Shown: positions 1 through 10,300 of the stretch, in pieces
How the letters are laid out: every line of letters begins with the position of its first letter
How positions within the stretch are numbered: the first letter of the stretch is position 1
Source: an uncultured Gammaproteobacteria bacterium
GTDB taxonomy: Bacteria; Patescibacteriota; Patescibacteriia; UBA11705; JABHMO01
Direction: 5' to 3'
Assembly: GCA_964590105.1 (NCBI GenBank)
Contig: CAZPYM010000001.1
Span: forward strand, 1,022 to 65,021
DNA length: 64,000 nt
Translations under genes and position numbers: made by a program
The notes under the pieces: generated by a model
Seen by the model: the letters and a program-made list of their open reading frames with translations, nothing else
What the model was told of the DNA's origin: nothing
Databases searched by the model: none

Positions 1-129
1 CATAGAAAATAAATGACGAATAAAATTATTCTAATTGTTCTGATTATACTGAATTTTGAATTTGGGATTTGGCGCTTGAGGCTTGTTTAGAATAATTAGG
101 TTAATTAGAATAATTAGAATAATTTGTTT

Positions 130-1086
130 TTATATAAATGCAAATATTTTTCCAATAAACAGAACGTAAAAAATCACCAGCATCCAGCCTTCCCAGCGGG
201 TGATTTGTTTGTCTTGGGTAATGAAGAAATAAAGCAAAGTGGCGATGATCATTATTGGCAAACTAAAAGTAATGATGGAGGTCGGGATAATTAGCGTGCC
301 AAACAGAGCCGGAATGCCCATGACAGCGAGCGCGTTAAAAATATTTGAGCCGAGAACATTGCCGACCGCCATTTCCGGCTTGCCGCGTCGGGCCGCGCTC
401 ACTGTAACAACGAGTTCCGGCAATGAAGTGCCGAGCGCCACGGCGCTGACAGCGATCACTTCCCGGCCGATGTTTAGAAGTTCGGAAAGCGCAATTACTG
501 AATCAATGGTGTATTTTGCGCCGACATAGAGGAAAAAAGCGCTGCCAAATAAAATAGCGAATGTTGACCAATGAATTTTTTTATTTTTTATTTCTCCTTT
601 AATTTCCTTTTTCATTTCCGCGTCGCCATTGCTTTCTGCTGATACTGTATATAGTAAATAAACAACAAGGCTGACCAGGCAGATGATCGCTTCGCTAAAA
701 GTAAATTTGCCGTCCCAGATCGTTATTGCCAGGAGAAACGCTGAGCCGACAAGCAAAGGAAGATCAACATGGATTAGCTCGTGCCCAATTTTAATTTTTT
801 TGCCAATAATGGCGGCCAGGCCGAGCACTAGGAAAATATTGGCGATATTGGATCCGACAACATTGCCGACCACAATTTCCGGGGCGCCCGCGAAAACAGC
901 AATAATTGAGGAAACAAGTTCAGGCAGAGAGGTGCCGATAGCCACAATGGTCACTCCGACAATAAAAGCGGGCATACCGAGCGCCAGCCCGATTTTTTCC
1001 GCCGCCTCAGTAAAATAATCCGAAGATTTGACCAGCACGGCCAGGCTGGCGATGAAGACGATTAGCCAAAAAATAGTTGGGAGCAT
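130..1086 (-). CDS. yrbG: Ca2+/Na+ (cation:Ca2+) antiporter, YrbG family
   Basis: About 10 TM helices; two alpha-repeat motifs GTSLPEL, followed by GNVVGSNIANI and GNVLGSNIFN. Confidence 0.9.
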   Translation of the reverse strand: MLPTIFWLIVFIASLAVLVKSSDYFTEAAEKIGLALGMPAFIVGVTIVAIGTSLPELVSSIIAVFAGAPEIVVGNVVGSNIANIFLVLGLAAIIGKKIKIGHELIHVDLPLLVGSAFLLAITIWDGKFTFSEAIICLVSLVVYLLYTVSAESNGDAEMKKEIKGEIKNKKIHWSTFAILFGSAFFLYVGAKYTIDSVIALSELLNIGREVIAVSAVALGTSLPELVVTVSAARRGKPEMAVGNVLGSNIFNALAVMGIPALFGTLIIPTSIITFSLPIMIIATLLYFFITQDKQITRWEGWMLVIFYVLFIGKIFAFI

Positions 1087-1203
1087 AGAATTATAAAATT
1101 ACAAATTACAAATAACAAATTGAGCGAATTGGCGAATTAGTGTATTCTGCGCCTGCCCCCCCTTGTCTCTAACGCCCCACGCTCCACAATTTCGGGAAAA
1201 TTA

Positions 1204-1680
1204 TTATTGAAACGTCCGGCTGATCCATTCGCCGACAAAGTGCGTGATTATAATTACGGCGACAACAGTTGCGAGGTGCTCGCCGATGACTTTGTAGGGT
1301 TTTGTTTTTTGCATTTTTGCGAGGTAATAACTGAAAACGCCTAAAAGTAAAATTCCCCAGGCAATACTTGCGATGATGGCGGTGTTTAGCGGCAGTAATA
1401 AAACAGGGACAATGAAAGTCATGGCAAAAATAAATTTCGCGAGAAATGTTGAAATGGTGGCGGTCCAGATTTGTTTTGGCGTATGATGATTTTCTGATTC
1501 TTCTGAAACGTGAATTCCGAGCGCGTCGGAAAAAGCGTCGGCAATGGCAATCGTTAAAATAGCGCCAATGATTATTAATTTCGAATGAGTGCCTGAATGC
1601 AGTCCGACCATGAGGCCGAGTGTGGTGATTACGCCGGAAGTGAGTCCGAAGCTGAAGCCGATTTTTAGAGAATGTTTCAT
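1204..1680 (-). CDS. VIT1/CCC1-family membrane transporter (short form)
   Basis: FGLTSGVITTLGLMVG...AIADAFSDALGIHVSEESE motif, about 5 TM helices. Confidence 0.75.
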   Translation of the reverse strand: MKHSLKIGFSFGLTSGVITTLGLMVGLHSGTHSKLIIIGAILTIAIADAFSDALGIHVSEESENHHTPKQIWTATISTFLAKFIFAMTFIVPVLLLPLNTAIIASIAWGILLLGVFSYYLAKMQKTKPYKVIGEHLATVVAVIIITHFVGEWISRTFQ

Positions 1681-1744
1681 ATGGGGAGGCGAGTAATTCA
1701 GTAATTAGGTAATTGGGAAATTATGTAATTGAGGGAACTGCAAG

Positions 1745-2257
1745 TTAATTTTTGAGTTTCCGCATCAGCGATTCAGCATCATCATCGTCATTGCCCGGCT
1801 TTGATTTGCCGTGGAACTTTTCTTTTAGCGTACTAGACAGCGCTTGACCAAAGCCGGCGGTCGACTGATTGGCGTTTTCTTCTATTGCCGCATCAATTCC
1901 TCGTCGGATTTCTATGCCGGTAACAACGGTTGATTGTACTTTTCTTCCCTTGCCCGGCGCTGTGATAATCGTGGCGGCCAATTCTTCGCCGACTTTCGCG
2001 ATTTGCCCTGAATCATGCAGAGGATATCCGACTTTAAAACCATCGGCTTTTTCATTATAAAGTTTTATTCCGCCGGCGCTTTTTGACTGGCGTAGCATGT
2101 ATCTGTTTCCGCTCCCGGTGGTAATGATTACTCTGTCGCCTGGCTGAATATCGCCCGCGGAAAGCGATTGCGGCCGCTCCACTTTGAATTGCTTGCCCTG
2201 AAATTCGCATGATTCCTCTTTCTTTTTTCCGGTGGAAGGAAAGTCAACTTTAGACAT
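1745..2257 (-). CDS. hypothetical protein
   Basis: 170-aa ATG ORF, same strand as neighbours, plausible composition; no family recognised. Confidence 0.65.
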   Translation of the reverse strand: MSKVDFPSTGKKKEESCEFQGKQFKVERPQSLSAGDIQPGDRVIITTGSGNRYMLRQSKSAGGIKLYNEKADGFKVGYPLHDSGQIAKVGEELAATIITAPGKGRKVQSTVVTGIEIRRGIDAAIEENANQSTAGFGQALSSTLKEKFHGKSKPGNDDDDAESLMRKLKN

Positions 2258-2351
2258 AAATGGGTTTTATGATTTATTAAAATGGAGATAACAAAGTAAT
2301 TATAGCAAATCGCGCCGTAAAATCAAAGTAATCGAAATTTTTATCTGCGTC

Positions 2352-2380
2352 TTGACAATGCCGGCAGGTTACGTTAATCT
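2352..2380 (+). promoter_or_regulatory. sigma70-type promoter
   Basis: TTGACA-17 bp-TAATCT upstream of a GGAGG-led ORF. Confidence 0.6.
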
Positions 2381-2411
2381 TAAGTGTTGGAAAACAACAT
2401 GGAGGGGTGAT

Positions 2412-2597
2412 ATGAACTGGGCCAGCGTGCTTTTCTGGGGAATTGCTTTTGTTGTAATAATGATAATCATCACTGTCTGGTGGGTAAAGCGGGATACCGG
2501 TGACAATGATTTTTCCGAAGTAGCGGAAAAAATTCAGCCGCCCGAAGCTGTTTCAAAAGACGGGCCGGTCGGGTACAATGGAACGCAGTTTCAGTAA
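2412..2597 (+). CDS. small single-pass membrane protein (61 aa)
   Basis: ATG at 2412 preceded by GGAGGGG; N-terminal hydrophobic helix; own promoter and terminator. Confidence 0.65.
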   Translation: MNWASVLFWGIAFVVIMIIITVWWVKRDTGDNDFSEVAEKIQPPEAVSKDGPVGYNGTQFQ

Positions 2598-2610
2598 ATG
2601 AAAATTATTC

Positions 2611-2640
2611 AAAAACATCGAAGCCAAGCTCGGTGTTTTT
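2611..2640 (+). terminator. intrinsic terminator (possibly bidirectional)
   Basis: AAAAACATCGA...TCGGTGTTTTT hairpin directly after the stop. Confidence 0.6.
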
Positions 2641-2937
2641 CATTTTGAAATTAAGTATAAGTTGATCGGATCATCCCGAGCAAAGCCGAGGTTTTTTTTG
2701 TTGGATTGGATTGGTTGAGGTATAATGTAAGAAATGGAAGAGGGGGCAGAAGGGGACACGAAAATGGAAATTAGAAACTAGAAATTAGGGTTGATTGGAG
2801 GATGGAGAAAATTGAAATTTGTTGCGAATGAATTTTTCCCAGCTTTATCTTGATCCTGAGCATAGTCGAAGGATAGCCGTGGGGATTCAGCGGCGGGATT
2901 AGGGATTCTCATTGGCGCGAAGGTTAGCTTGCCGCAA

Positions 2938-2974
2938 GGCGGCGGGATTCGGGAATCCCGCCTACACAAGATGG
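2938..2974 (-). repeat. GTAG-tagged REP-like palindrome, copy 1
   Basis: Minus strand reads TGTAG-GCGGGATTC-cc-GAATCCCGC; near-identical copy at 18168-18204. Confidence 0.75.
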
Positions 2975-2986
2975 CTGACTTGGGAT

Positions 2987-3015
2987 TTGACAAAAAACAT
3001 TGTATGTGCTATGAT
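2987..3015 (+). promoter_or_regulatory. sigma70-type promoter of the glycosyltransferase
   Basis: TTGACA-17 bp-TATGAT with extended TG. Confidence 0.65.
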
Positions 3016-3061
3016 TGAGTATTAATAAAGCCTAGTATTATTCGCAAAATTTAGTCATTTT

Positions 3062-4264
3062 ATGAAGATAGCTTTCATTGGACAAAAAGGAATACCAATG
3101 AAGTTCGGCGGTGTGGAAAAGCACGTTGAACGATTGGCAGTGGGACTCGCAAAACGGGGTCACCAAGTTTTTGTTTACACGCGTCCGTGGTATACGCCGC
3201 GGAGTTTGAAAGTTTATCAGGGCGTAAAATTAATTAGCTTGAAATCAATAAAAACAAAAAACTTTGATGCCATTACGCATACTCTCAGGGCTTGTTTTCA
3301 TGCTTTGAAAAAAGATTACGATATTATCCATTTTCACGGCGTCGGACCTTCACTTCTAGCCTGGATTCCGCGCCTGTTCAAGCCGAGCGCCAGAATTATA
3401 ATTACTTTTCATTGCATTGATCGCAGGCATCAAAAGTGGGGTCGGTTCGCGCGTTTTATTTTATATCTGGGTGAAATTACGGCAGTGAAATTTGCTCACG
3501 AAACGATTACTGTTTCCAAAACATTGCAGATGTATTGCAGTGAAAAATATAATGCCAATACAACTTATATTCCAAATGGCATTGATTTGCCGAAAAAAAT
3601 TGTGGCAAATCAGATCAAGAAAAAATATGGCTTAAAAAAAGACGGATATATTTTATTTTTATCGCGTTTGGTGAAACACAAGGGCGCGCAATATTTGATT
3701 GACGCTTATAATCAACTTAAAACTGACCTGCCTTCGTCCAGCTTAGCGGGACTTCGGCAGGCAGGTAAAAAATTGGTGATTGCCGGAGGGTCAGCTTTTA
3801 CTGATGATTATATAAAAGAAATAAAAGAGCAAGCCAAGGGCAATCCGAATATTATTTTTACCGGCAATGTTACCGGCGGCAGTACGCTTTGGAAAGAGCT
3901 TTATTCAAATGCTTATCTCATGGTGCACCCTTCAGAGAGCGAGGGCTTGCCTATTGTGGTTCTGGAGGGAATGAGCTTCGGCCTCGGAGTACTGGTTTCA
4001 GATATTCCTGAAAACATGGAAGCAATTAACGGCGGCTTTGGATTTTCATTTTATAATAAAAACATTCAGGATCTAAAAGATAAACTTCAATATTTGTTTG
4101 ATTGTCCAGAGCTGGTAAAAAAAGTTGGCGCTGACGCCCGGGCGCATGTTGAGAAAAATTATAATTGGAAAGACATTGTGGTTTCAGTTGAGCAGGTTTA
4201 CGAAGAAGTCTTGGCTGATCACGCCCGCGTCGGCAGTCATCAGGTTCGGTGCGTGAAGTGTTAA
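3062..4264 (+). CDS. glycosyltransferase family 4 (GT-B)
   Basis: MKIAFIG...GGVEKHV N-terminus; HPSESEGLPIVVLEGMS (ExxxxxxxE) motif; carries a 13-aa palindrome-derived insertion. Confidence 0.92.
   Translation: MKIAFIGQKGIPMKFGGVEKHVERLAVGLAKRGHQVFVYTRPWYTPRSLKVYQGVKLISLKSIKTKNFDAITHTLRACFHALKKDYDIIHFHGVGPSLLAWIPRLFKPSARIIITFHCIDRRHQKWGRFARFILYLGEITAVKFAHETITVSKTLQMYCSEKYNANTTYIPNGIDLPKKIVANQIKKKYGLKKDGYILFLSRLVKHKGAQYLIDAYNQLKTDLPSSSLAGLRQAGKKLVIAGGSAFTDDYIKEIKEQAKGNPNIIFTGNVTGGSTLWKELYSNAYLMVHPSESEGLPIVVLEGMSFGLGVLVSDIPENMEAINGGFGFSFYNKNIQDLKDKLQYLFDCPELVKKVGADARAHVEKNYNWKDIVVSVEQVYEEVLADHARVGSHQVRCVKC
3726..3766. repeat. palindromic element inserted in-frame in the GT4 gene
   Basis: ACCTGCCT...AGGCAGGT outer stem with inner GTCC/GGAC; encodes LPSSSLAGLRQAG between LKTD and KKLVIAG. 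Confidence 0.65.
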
Positions 4265-4296
4265 GGACTTAAGAAAATAAAAAATTAAAGAAATAA

Positions 4297-4324
4297 AAAA
4301 ATTTCCGCGGAAGCGGGAATTTTT
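4297..4324. terminator. bidirectional terminator between convergent genes
   Basis: AAAATTTCCGC-GGAA-GCGGGAATTTT. Confidence 0.55.
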
Positions 4325-4374
4325 GTTTCATTTGTCTGATTTGTCAGGCGCGTTTTCCTCCGAGTTATTCGTGT

Positions 4375-4671
4375 TTAATTCGTGTCATTTGCATGTTTTG
4401 AGCTATTCGCGTTGTTAGTTTGTTCGCTGATTTTCCATTTGTCCACAAATTGCCCAATGCCTCGTTGTTCCATTTTGTTCTTGACAGTCGCGCGTTTTTG
4501 TGACCATTCTACCAGGCTTTCAAAGTTGATTTTATAGCGGCCTTGTACTACAATAAAGCGCAGTTCTTGGCTTTTGATCGCCCTTCGTATAGTATGCTGA
4601 TCTACACCAAAAAGTCTGGCAGCTTCAGAAACTGACACTCGGACTGGGTAGTTTGGTTTATTGTCAGGCAT
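4375..4671 (-). CDS. excisionase/MerR-like helix-turn-helix DNA-binding protein (HTH_17-like)
   Basis: VSVSEAARLFGVDQHTIRRAIKSQEL...GRYKI pattern. Confidence 0.8.
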   Translation of the reverse strand: MPDNKPNYPVRVSVSEAARLFGVDQHTIRRAIKSQELRFIVVQGRYKINFESLVEWSQKRATVKNKMEQRGIGQFVDKWKISEQTNNANSSKHANDTN

Positions 4672-4771
4672 AGCGGGTATAAATCACAAATTACAAATAA
4701 CAAATTACAAACAATAAAGCATAAAGCTACAAATTATAAATAAATAATTACGGGAACATATTTGTAGTTGT

Positions 4772-4793
4772 TTGTATACACTAGTGTATACAA
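4772..4793. promoter_or_regulatory. perfect 22-bp palindrome, candidate operator
   Basis: TTGTATACACTAGTGTATACAA, just downstream of the minus-strand promoter for the HTH gene. Confidence 0.55.
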
Positions 4794-4807
4794 CTGGGTC
4801 TATTTTG

Positions 4808-4836
4808 AGCATAATTTATCTATGGAAATATGTCAA
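4808..4836 (-). promoter_or_regulatory. sigma70-type promoter of the HTH gene
   Basis: Minus strand TTGACA-17 bp-TATGCT. Confidence 0.6.
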
Positions 4837-5043
4837 GTTTTGGCTATCTATTACTGGTGCCAAGATAGGAGATTTTACAGTCAGCTGGTGCTTTTGAAGG
4901 CGCGGCTGACTGCTATGGGCTAAAAGCGCACTTGACTGCTAATTTTAGTAAAAAGACAGTTTGAATCACAGAATTTGTTACATGTGGATTAGGTGGATTT
5001 CCCCTTTACAAAGGCATTAAAACAGTGTATATTCTTGAACAGC

Positions 5044-5072
5044 TGTAACTATTATATATAATCAACGTCTAA
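5044..5072 (+). promoter_or_regulatory. ECF-type (auto-regulatory) promoter
   Basis: TGTAAC-16 bp-CGTCTAA ending 4 nt before the sigma ATG; matches the AAC-N16-CGT pattern of SigW/SigM/SigX-type promoters. Confidence 0.6.
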
Positions 5073-5076
5073 TAAG

Positions 5077-5634
5077 ATGAATAAAGCATCTCTCAAAGAA
5101 AAATACCTGATTTACAAGGTTCGTCAGAATAAGGACGCGGAAAGCTATGGCCAGTTGTACGATTATTATGTTGACCGGATTTTTCGGTTTATACTGTTCA
5201 AAGTGTCGTCCGTTGAAACAGCTGAGGATTTAACATCTGAAGTATTCCTGAAAACTTGGGAATACATTAATACTACGGACAAGAAGATCGGCAATCTGAA
5301 CGCCTTGCTTTACAAAGTGGCGAGGAACGCGGTCATAGATCATTATCGCAAAAAAAGAAATGATGTTATCGGTACGGACGAGGATTTCATGCATTCAATT
5401 GCTGACCATCGGATAAACATAGAAAAAGATGCAAACCTGAAAATTGAAATTCAGAGCATTGAAAAACATTTAGGAAAGTTAAAAGATATTTATCGCGAAG
5501 TAATTATTCTAAAATATATTGAAGAATTTTCTGTAACTGAAATAGCCGAGGTGATTGACAAGAGCCGCGGCAATGTGAGAGTTCTCTTGCACCGGGCATT
5601 ACAAGCATTAAAGGAAATAGCAGGCGAGGAATAA
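5077..5634 (+). CDS. ECF RNA polymerase sigma-70 factor
   Basis: Region 2 (AEDLTSEVFLK...LYKVARNAVIDHYRK) and region 4 (REVIILKY...SVTEIAEVI...NVRVLLHRA). Confidence 0.93.
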   Translation: MNKASLKEKYLIYKVRQNKDAESYGQLYDYYVDRIFRFILFKVSSVETAEDLTSEVFLKTWEYINTTDKKIGNLNALLYKVARNAVIDHYRKKRNDVIGTDEDFMHSIADHRINIEKDANLKIEIQSIEKHLGKLKDIYREVIILKYIEEFSVTEIAEVIDKSRGNVRVLLHRALQALKEIAGEE

Positions 5635-5710
5635 AACAAGTTGGCTAGTTTAAGCGGCAGTGGATGGGTCCAAGAACTGCTGAATAAACCAGCCAACTAA
5701 AAATTATTAC

Positions 5711-6901
5711 ATGCCAAATATTACCGAACAATTAAAACAGCTAAAGCAAGTCAAGCCAAGAAAAGAATGGGTTGATTCTGAACGCGAGCTTTTGTTGTCC
5801 CAGATTACCAGACAAACTGCAGTTAAACAGCAGTCTGTTTTTGTTAATAGCTGGTATCTGGCCAAGTCGCTCATGCCAGGCAGTTTGCTTCGTTTTGTTG
5901 CTCGCCCGGTCGGAGTTTTGACGGTGATTACATTATTCATTTTTAGCTCGGGAATTTTTGGCGTCAACGCGTCCAAAAATAGTTTGCCCGGCGATTTCCT
6001 TTATTCAGTGAAGCTGACCAGCGAAAAAGTTCAAGTCGGCTTTACTGTGGCAGAGGAAAAAAAGGCGCAAATGCATATGGGTTTTGCGGAGGAAAGAGTA
6101 AATGAGATTGAAGCGGTTTCCCAAAAGGCCATTACCCCGCAAAAGAAACAGGAAAAAATAGATGTTGCGGCCGCGGGCTTGAGCCAGGAAATGAAAAAAA
6201 CCCAGCAAACATTGGAACAAGTAAAGCAGGATTCGACCAAGTCAAAACTGATAGTGGAGGCAGTTCAAAAGGTTGATCAAAAAGCAGAAGAGCTGGGAGA
6301 TAGACTTGAACAGCAAAAACAAGAATTATTGCAAAATGATGTTTTGGTCGGGAAATCTATGGACATAGCCAAAGAAGCGACAGACGTAACCGCAGTGAAA
6401 GCAGTAGAAGTGATTGTAGACAAACGAGAAAAAGGCGATGTTAGCGTGACTGACAACGAATTGGTTGAAACAATCAATAAAAAAATTAATAAAGAACAAG
6501 AAAAAATAAAACAAGTTGAAACGCAGGTTAAAGAAGCGGCGCAGGGCCAGGCAAAGCTGATAGTGGATCAGGAAAAAGATGTTGAAACTTTGGCCGTTGA
6601 TCAGAAAAATGTTGACCAGAATATTATTCCAAATCAAGCAGAACAAAAATTAACCGAAGCAAAAGATTTTCTAAATCATGGGGATTTGGGATCTGCTTTG
6701 GAAAAAATAAAAGAAAGCGCCACTTTGACTCAAGAAGCAAAAGTCGGAGCGGAAACAATTGTCAGTCAAAATAAAGAAGCGGCCGAACAAGCAGAAGAGG
6801 TTGCAACGGACCCCTCCGAGATTTTACCAATAGAAGATAAAAACGCAGAAGGCGAGAAAGAGACGACTATTGAAAACAAGGGAACGTTGAAGGTGGAGTA
6901 A
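5711..6901 (+). CDS. DUF5667-like membrane-anchored coiled-coil protein, putative anti-sigma factor
   Basis: Follows the ECF sigma gene; single TM, then SLPGDFLYSVKLTSEKV...AEERVNE motif, then a long helical region. Confidence 0.75.
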   Translation: MPNITEQLKQLKQVKPRKEWVDSERELLLSQITRQTAVKQQSVFVNSWYLAKSLMPGSLLRFVARPVGVLTVITLFIFSSGIFGVNASKNSLPGDFLYSVKLTSEKVQVGFTVAEEKKAQMHMGFAEERVNEIEAVSQKAITPQKKQEKIDVAAAGLSQEMKKTQQTLEQVKQDSTKSKLIVEAVQKVDQKAEELGDRLEQQKQELLQNDVLVGKSMDIAKEATDVTAVKAVEVIVDKREKGDVSVTDNELVETINKKINKEQEKIKQVETQVKEAAQGQAKLIVDQEKDVETLAVDQKNVDQNIIPNQAEQKLTEAKDFLNHGDLGSALEKIKESATLTQEAKVGAETIVSQNKEAAEQAEEVATDPSEILPIEDKNAEGEKETTIENKGTLKVE

Positions 6902-6910
6902 CGGGTGAGA

Positions 6911-7127
6911 CATTACAAAAAACAAATAACAAATTACAAACAAATTACAATACATAAATTACAATTACAAATAAACAATAAATTGTAAAAGAAAATGTCA
7001 ATAATGATGAATGAAGCGCAAATCGTTTCATAATAAAAAAGTGTTATTTGAAACTTTTGTTTTATAGCTTGTGATTTGTTGTTTTATGCATTATTGTTTG
7101 TAGTTTGTGTCTTGTAATTTGTAATTT
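6911..7127. repeat. inverted pair of degenerate heptamer (AATTACA-type) arrays
   Basis: (A)AATTACA/AATAACA units at 6911-6985 and complementary TTGTAAT units at ~7069-7127. Confidence 0.6.
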
Positions 7128-7183
7128 ATATAGAAGTCACTAATTAATTTTATAATATAAATCCTAAAGAACTCTCTCTAGGT

Positions 7184-7228
7184 TGTAGCGGTCAGAAAGG
7201 TCGGCCCGGTTTCCGGGTGGCGGCTACA
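7184..7228 (+). promoter_or_regulatory. structured 5' leader upstream of the S-layer-like gene
   Basis: TGTAGCGGTCA/TGGCGGCTACA stem enclosing GAAAGGTCGG and a CCCGG-TTT-CCGGG hairpin, within AT-rich DNA. Confidence 0.4.
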
Positions 7229-7312
7229 TAATAAAGTATATAATTGTCAGTGTTTAATTATTTCTCTTTTTGGGAAGCGATTAAACGTTGGCTAAAAGAA
7301 AACTATTTAAGT

Positions 7313-10300
7313 ATGAAAAAAGTTTTAACACTAGGTGTTGTTTTGACAACAATCTTGTGGACTATAGGGATTGCCGCTTTTGTTCCAGTTGCTTCTGCTG
7401 CCACTTTGTCAGCGGGCGATTTGATCAAAGCTAGCGGAGCCGCAGTATATTTTTATGCTGCTGACGGCAAACGCTATACATTCCCTACAGAATCCACATA
7501 CAAAACTTGGTACGCTGATTTTTCCAGCGTAAAAACCATTACTGATGATGAATTGGCGGCTATTACTTTGGCTGGCAATGTAGTTGTCCGTCCTGGCACC
7601 GAGCTTGTCAAAATCACCACAGTTCCAAAGGTTTTCGCTGTATCGCCAAATGGTAAATTATCCTGGGTCAAGACCGAGCCAGCTGCCAAGGCGCTTTATG
7701 GTGACAATTGGAACCAAAGGATAATTGATATTCCTGATGGATTTTGGGTAAATTATATAGATACAGGCGCTGAATTAAATGGCACAGCCTTCCCAGAAGG
7801 CCAACTTGTTTCTCCTACTGATTCCGCAAATATCTACTATGTAGGTGCTGAAGGCAAGTGGAACCTGATCAAGGACGAAGCTGCTTTTACAGCCAATAAA
7901 TGGGCTTGGGGAAATGTAGTTGAAACATCTATTGCAATGGTTGCCGACGGTACAGAAATTACTGCCGTTGTCAGCGCTAATATTGATGCTTCACAAGGTG
8001 GCGGAGGTGGAACCGGGGTTGTTGTAGTTGCCGCTGGCAGTCTGTCAGTTGCGCTTAATACCACTACTCCTGCCGTTACTACTATTCCAACCAATGCAAC
8101 AGCCGCGGCCGCTAATGTCCCATTCACTTATGTGGACTTTACTGCCGGCAGTTCAGCTGTTACAGTTACTGGTTTGAAAGTAACCAGGACCGGACTAAGT
8201 CAGAACGCCGCTTTTGCAGCTATCAAGCTGTTTGATGGCGATACTCAAATTGGCACCAGCCAATCATTGAATTCATCAAACCAGGCTGTCTTCAATAATA
8301 TTTCTTTTGAAGTTCCTGCCAACAGCACAAAGACGCTGACTCTTGCGGCCACTATGACTCTTTCCGCGGCCTACACCAATCACATTCTTGCTTTGGGAAT
8401 TGCCGCAGCTAGCGATATTACAACTACTGCTACTCTTTCCGGTTTATTCCCTGTTACAGGCAATTCAATGACATTGAATTCCAGCATCACAATCGGTACA
8501 GCTACCCTTGCTAATGGTTCACTTGGAACAAGAAATACCACGAACCTAACTGTTGACACTGATGCCAAAGATGTTCGGTTCACACAGGTTAAGATTAGCG
8601 GCGGTTCTGGTGAGGCCGTAACTGTAAAATCAGTTACAGCTCTAAAGAATGGAACAGCGGCTAGCGCTGACATAACAAATATTCGTTTGGTCAATGACAC
8701 AACAGGCGAAACATTGAAGACTGTTACTACCCTGGATTCTTCAGGCAGAGCTGTTTTCAGCGGATTAAATGTTGCGATTGCCAAGGGCGAGTTTGTGGAA
8801 TTGTCAGTTTTGGCTGACATGAACAATTCCGGAGCCGGTCGAACAATAGCGTTTGACCTGTATGATGGTAATGCCTTTACAATTTCTGTTGTTGGCAATA
8901 CCTATGGATTTGGCATTACGCCGACTTCATCCGGAACAAACTTCTGCGGTGGCACTCCTTGGAACTGCACAGCGCAGACTATTAATCAGGGTTATTTGAC
9001 AGCCAGTTTGAGCGCCAATACTCCTGCCACAGGTAATGTCGCGCTTGGAGCTTCCAAAGTTCCATTGCTGAAATATAATCTGACTGCAGGTGGTGAAGGT
9101 ATCAATGTAACTTCAACTTTGTTGACAATTACAACCGGTACTGCCGAATTGAGCAAGATTACCCAGATTTCGATTTATGACAAGGATGATAAGATCGTAG
9201 CCGGACCGCAGGATGCTACAACAGCTTCCGCCGGTTCACAGAATTTGACCTTTACTGACGCTTATACAGTTCCGGCTGGTATTAACGAATATACCATATA
9301 CGCCAACACAGCCAGCGACATGTCAGCTCTTGATACTGTTTACGTTGCTTTGACTGTTAATGGTATTACTGCCAAAGGCGCTGATTCAGGCAAAACTACC
9401 TACACTACTTCAGCCGGTGCTACTGTTCCGCCTGCTTCTGTCATAACTGGCAAAACGCAGACGATCAAAGGACCGACTTTGAGAGTTATTACTGCCGCGA
9501 CTCCTATTGCTTCAACTTTTGTGGTAAATTCACAAGATGTTGACTTGGCTTACTTTGATTTGGATGCTACTGCTGGTGGTGAAGACATGAAAATAACTTC
9601 ACTTGTTGTTACTCAGACAGCCGTCACCCCGGCAAATCTATTGAATCTTGAATTGTGGGGCGATGCTGATAATACTGATGCTGACAATACAGTTGCTAAA
9701 CTGGGAACAACCAGCTCAACAGCTACTGGCGCCGCTACTAACACCTTTACTTTTCAAGTTCCTTTGAAGATTAGTAAATCAAAGATTAGCAGACTGACCT
9801 TGAAGGGTGATGTTATCGGAACAAGCGGAACAAACTTGTTCAAGATTGTTTCTGACAATGCTACAGCTGTTGGTTGGACAACAGGACAGACTGCTAGCAA
9901 GACTTACAGTGGAACTGGCCAGGCTCATACTTTGACAGCATCTGGTTCTTTGATAGTAACTGCTGCTGCTGGTAGAGCTGCTGCTGCTCAATTTGTAGCC
10001 GGCGCTACCGGTCAGTCAATGATGAGCTACAAGTTCCAAGCAACAAACGAAGAAGTCAGTGTAACTGATTTCTACATTGCCACAACCGGCACAGCGGCAA
10101 ACGCTAATATTGGCGTAGTCAAGCTTTATCTTGACGGCGCGCAAGTCGGTTCACTCAATGGTTATTCGCTTGACGCATATGGAATTGCTCACATTGTTCT
10201 AGACAGCGGAGTATTCACTGCCAAGAAGAGTCCTAGCTATACAACTTTGGATATTAAGGTTGACTTGGCTAGCAAAGATAACTTGGCTGATATATCTACC

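Noticed and set aside
4375-4671. Excisionase marking a prophage boundary
   Set aside because: No adjacent integrase or att site; better read as a stand-alone regulator.
7244-7312. Upstream TTG/GTG or distal starts in the ORF track (also 2352, 36622, 39503, 41642, 45122, 57490)
   Set aside because: Downstream ATGs give proper signal peptides or family N-termini, and several extensions run through promoters or repeats.
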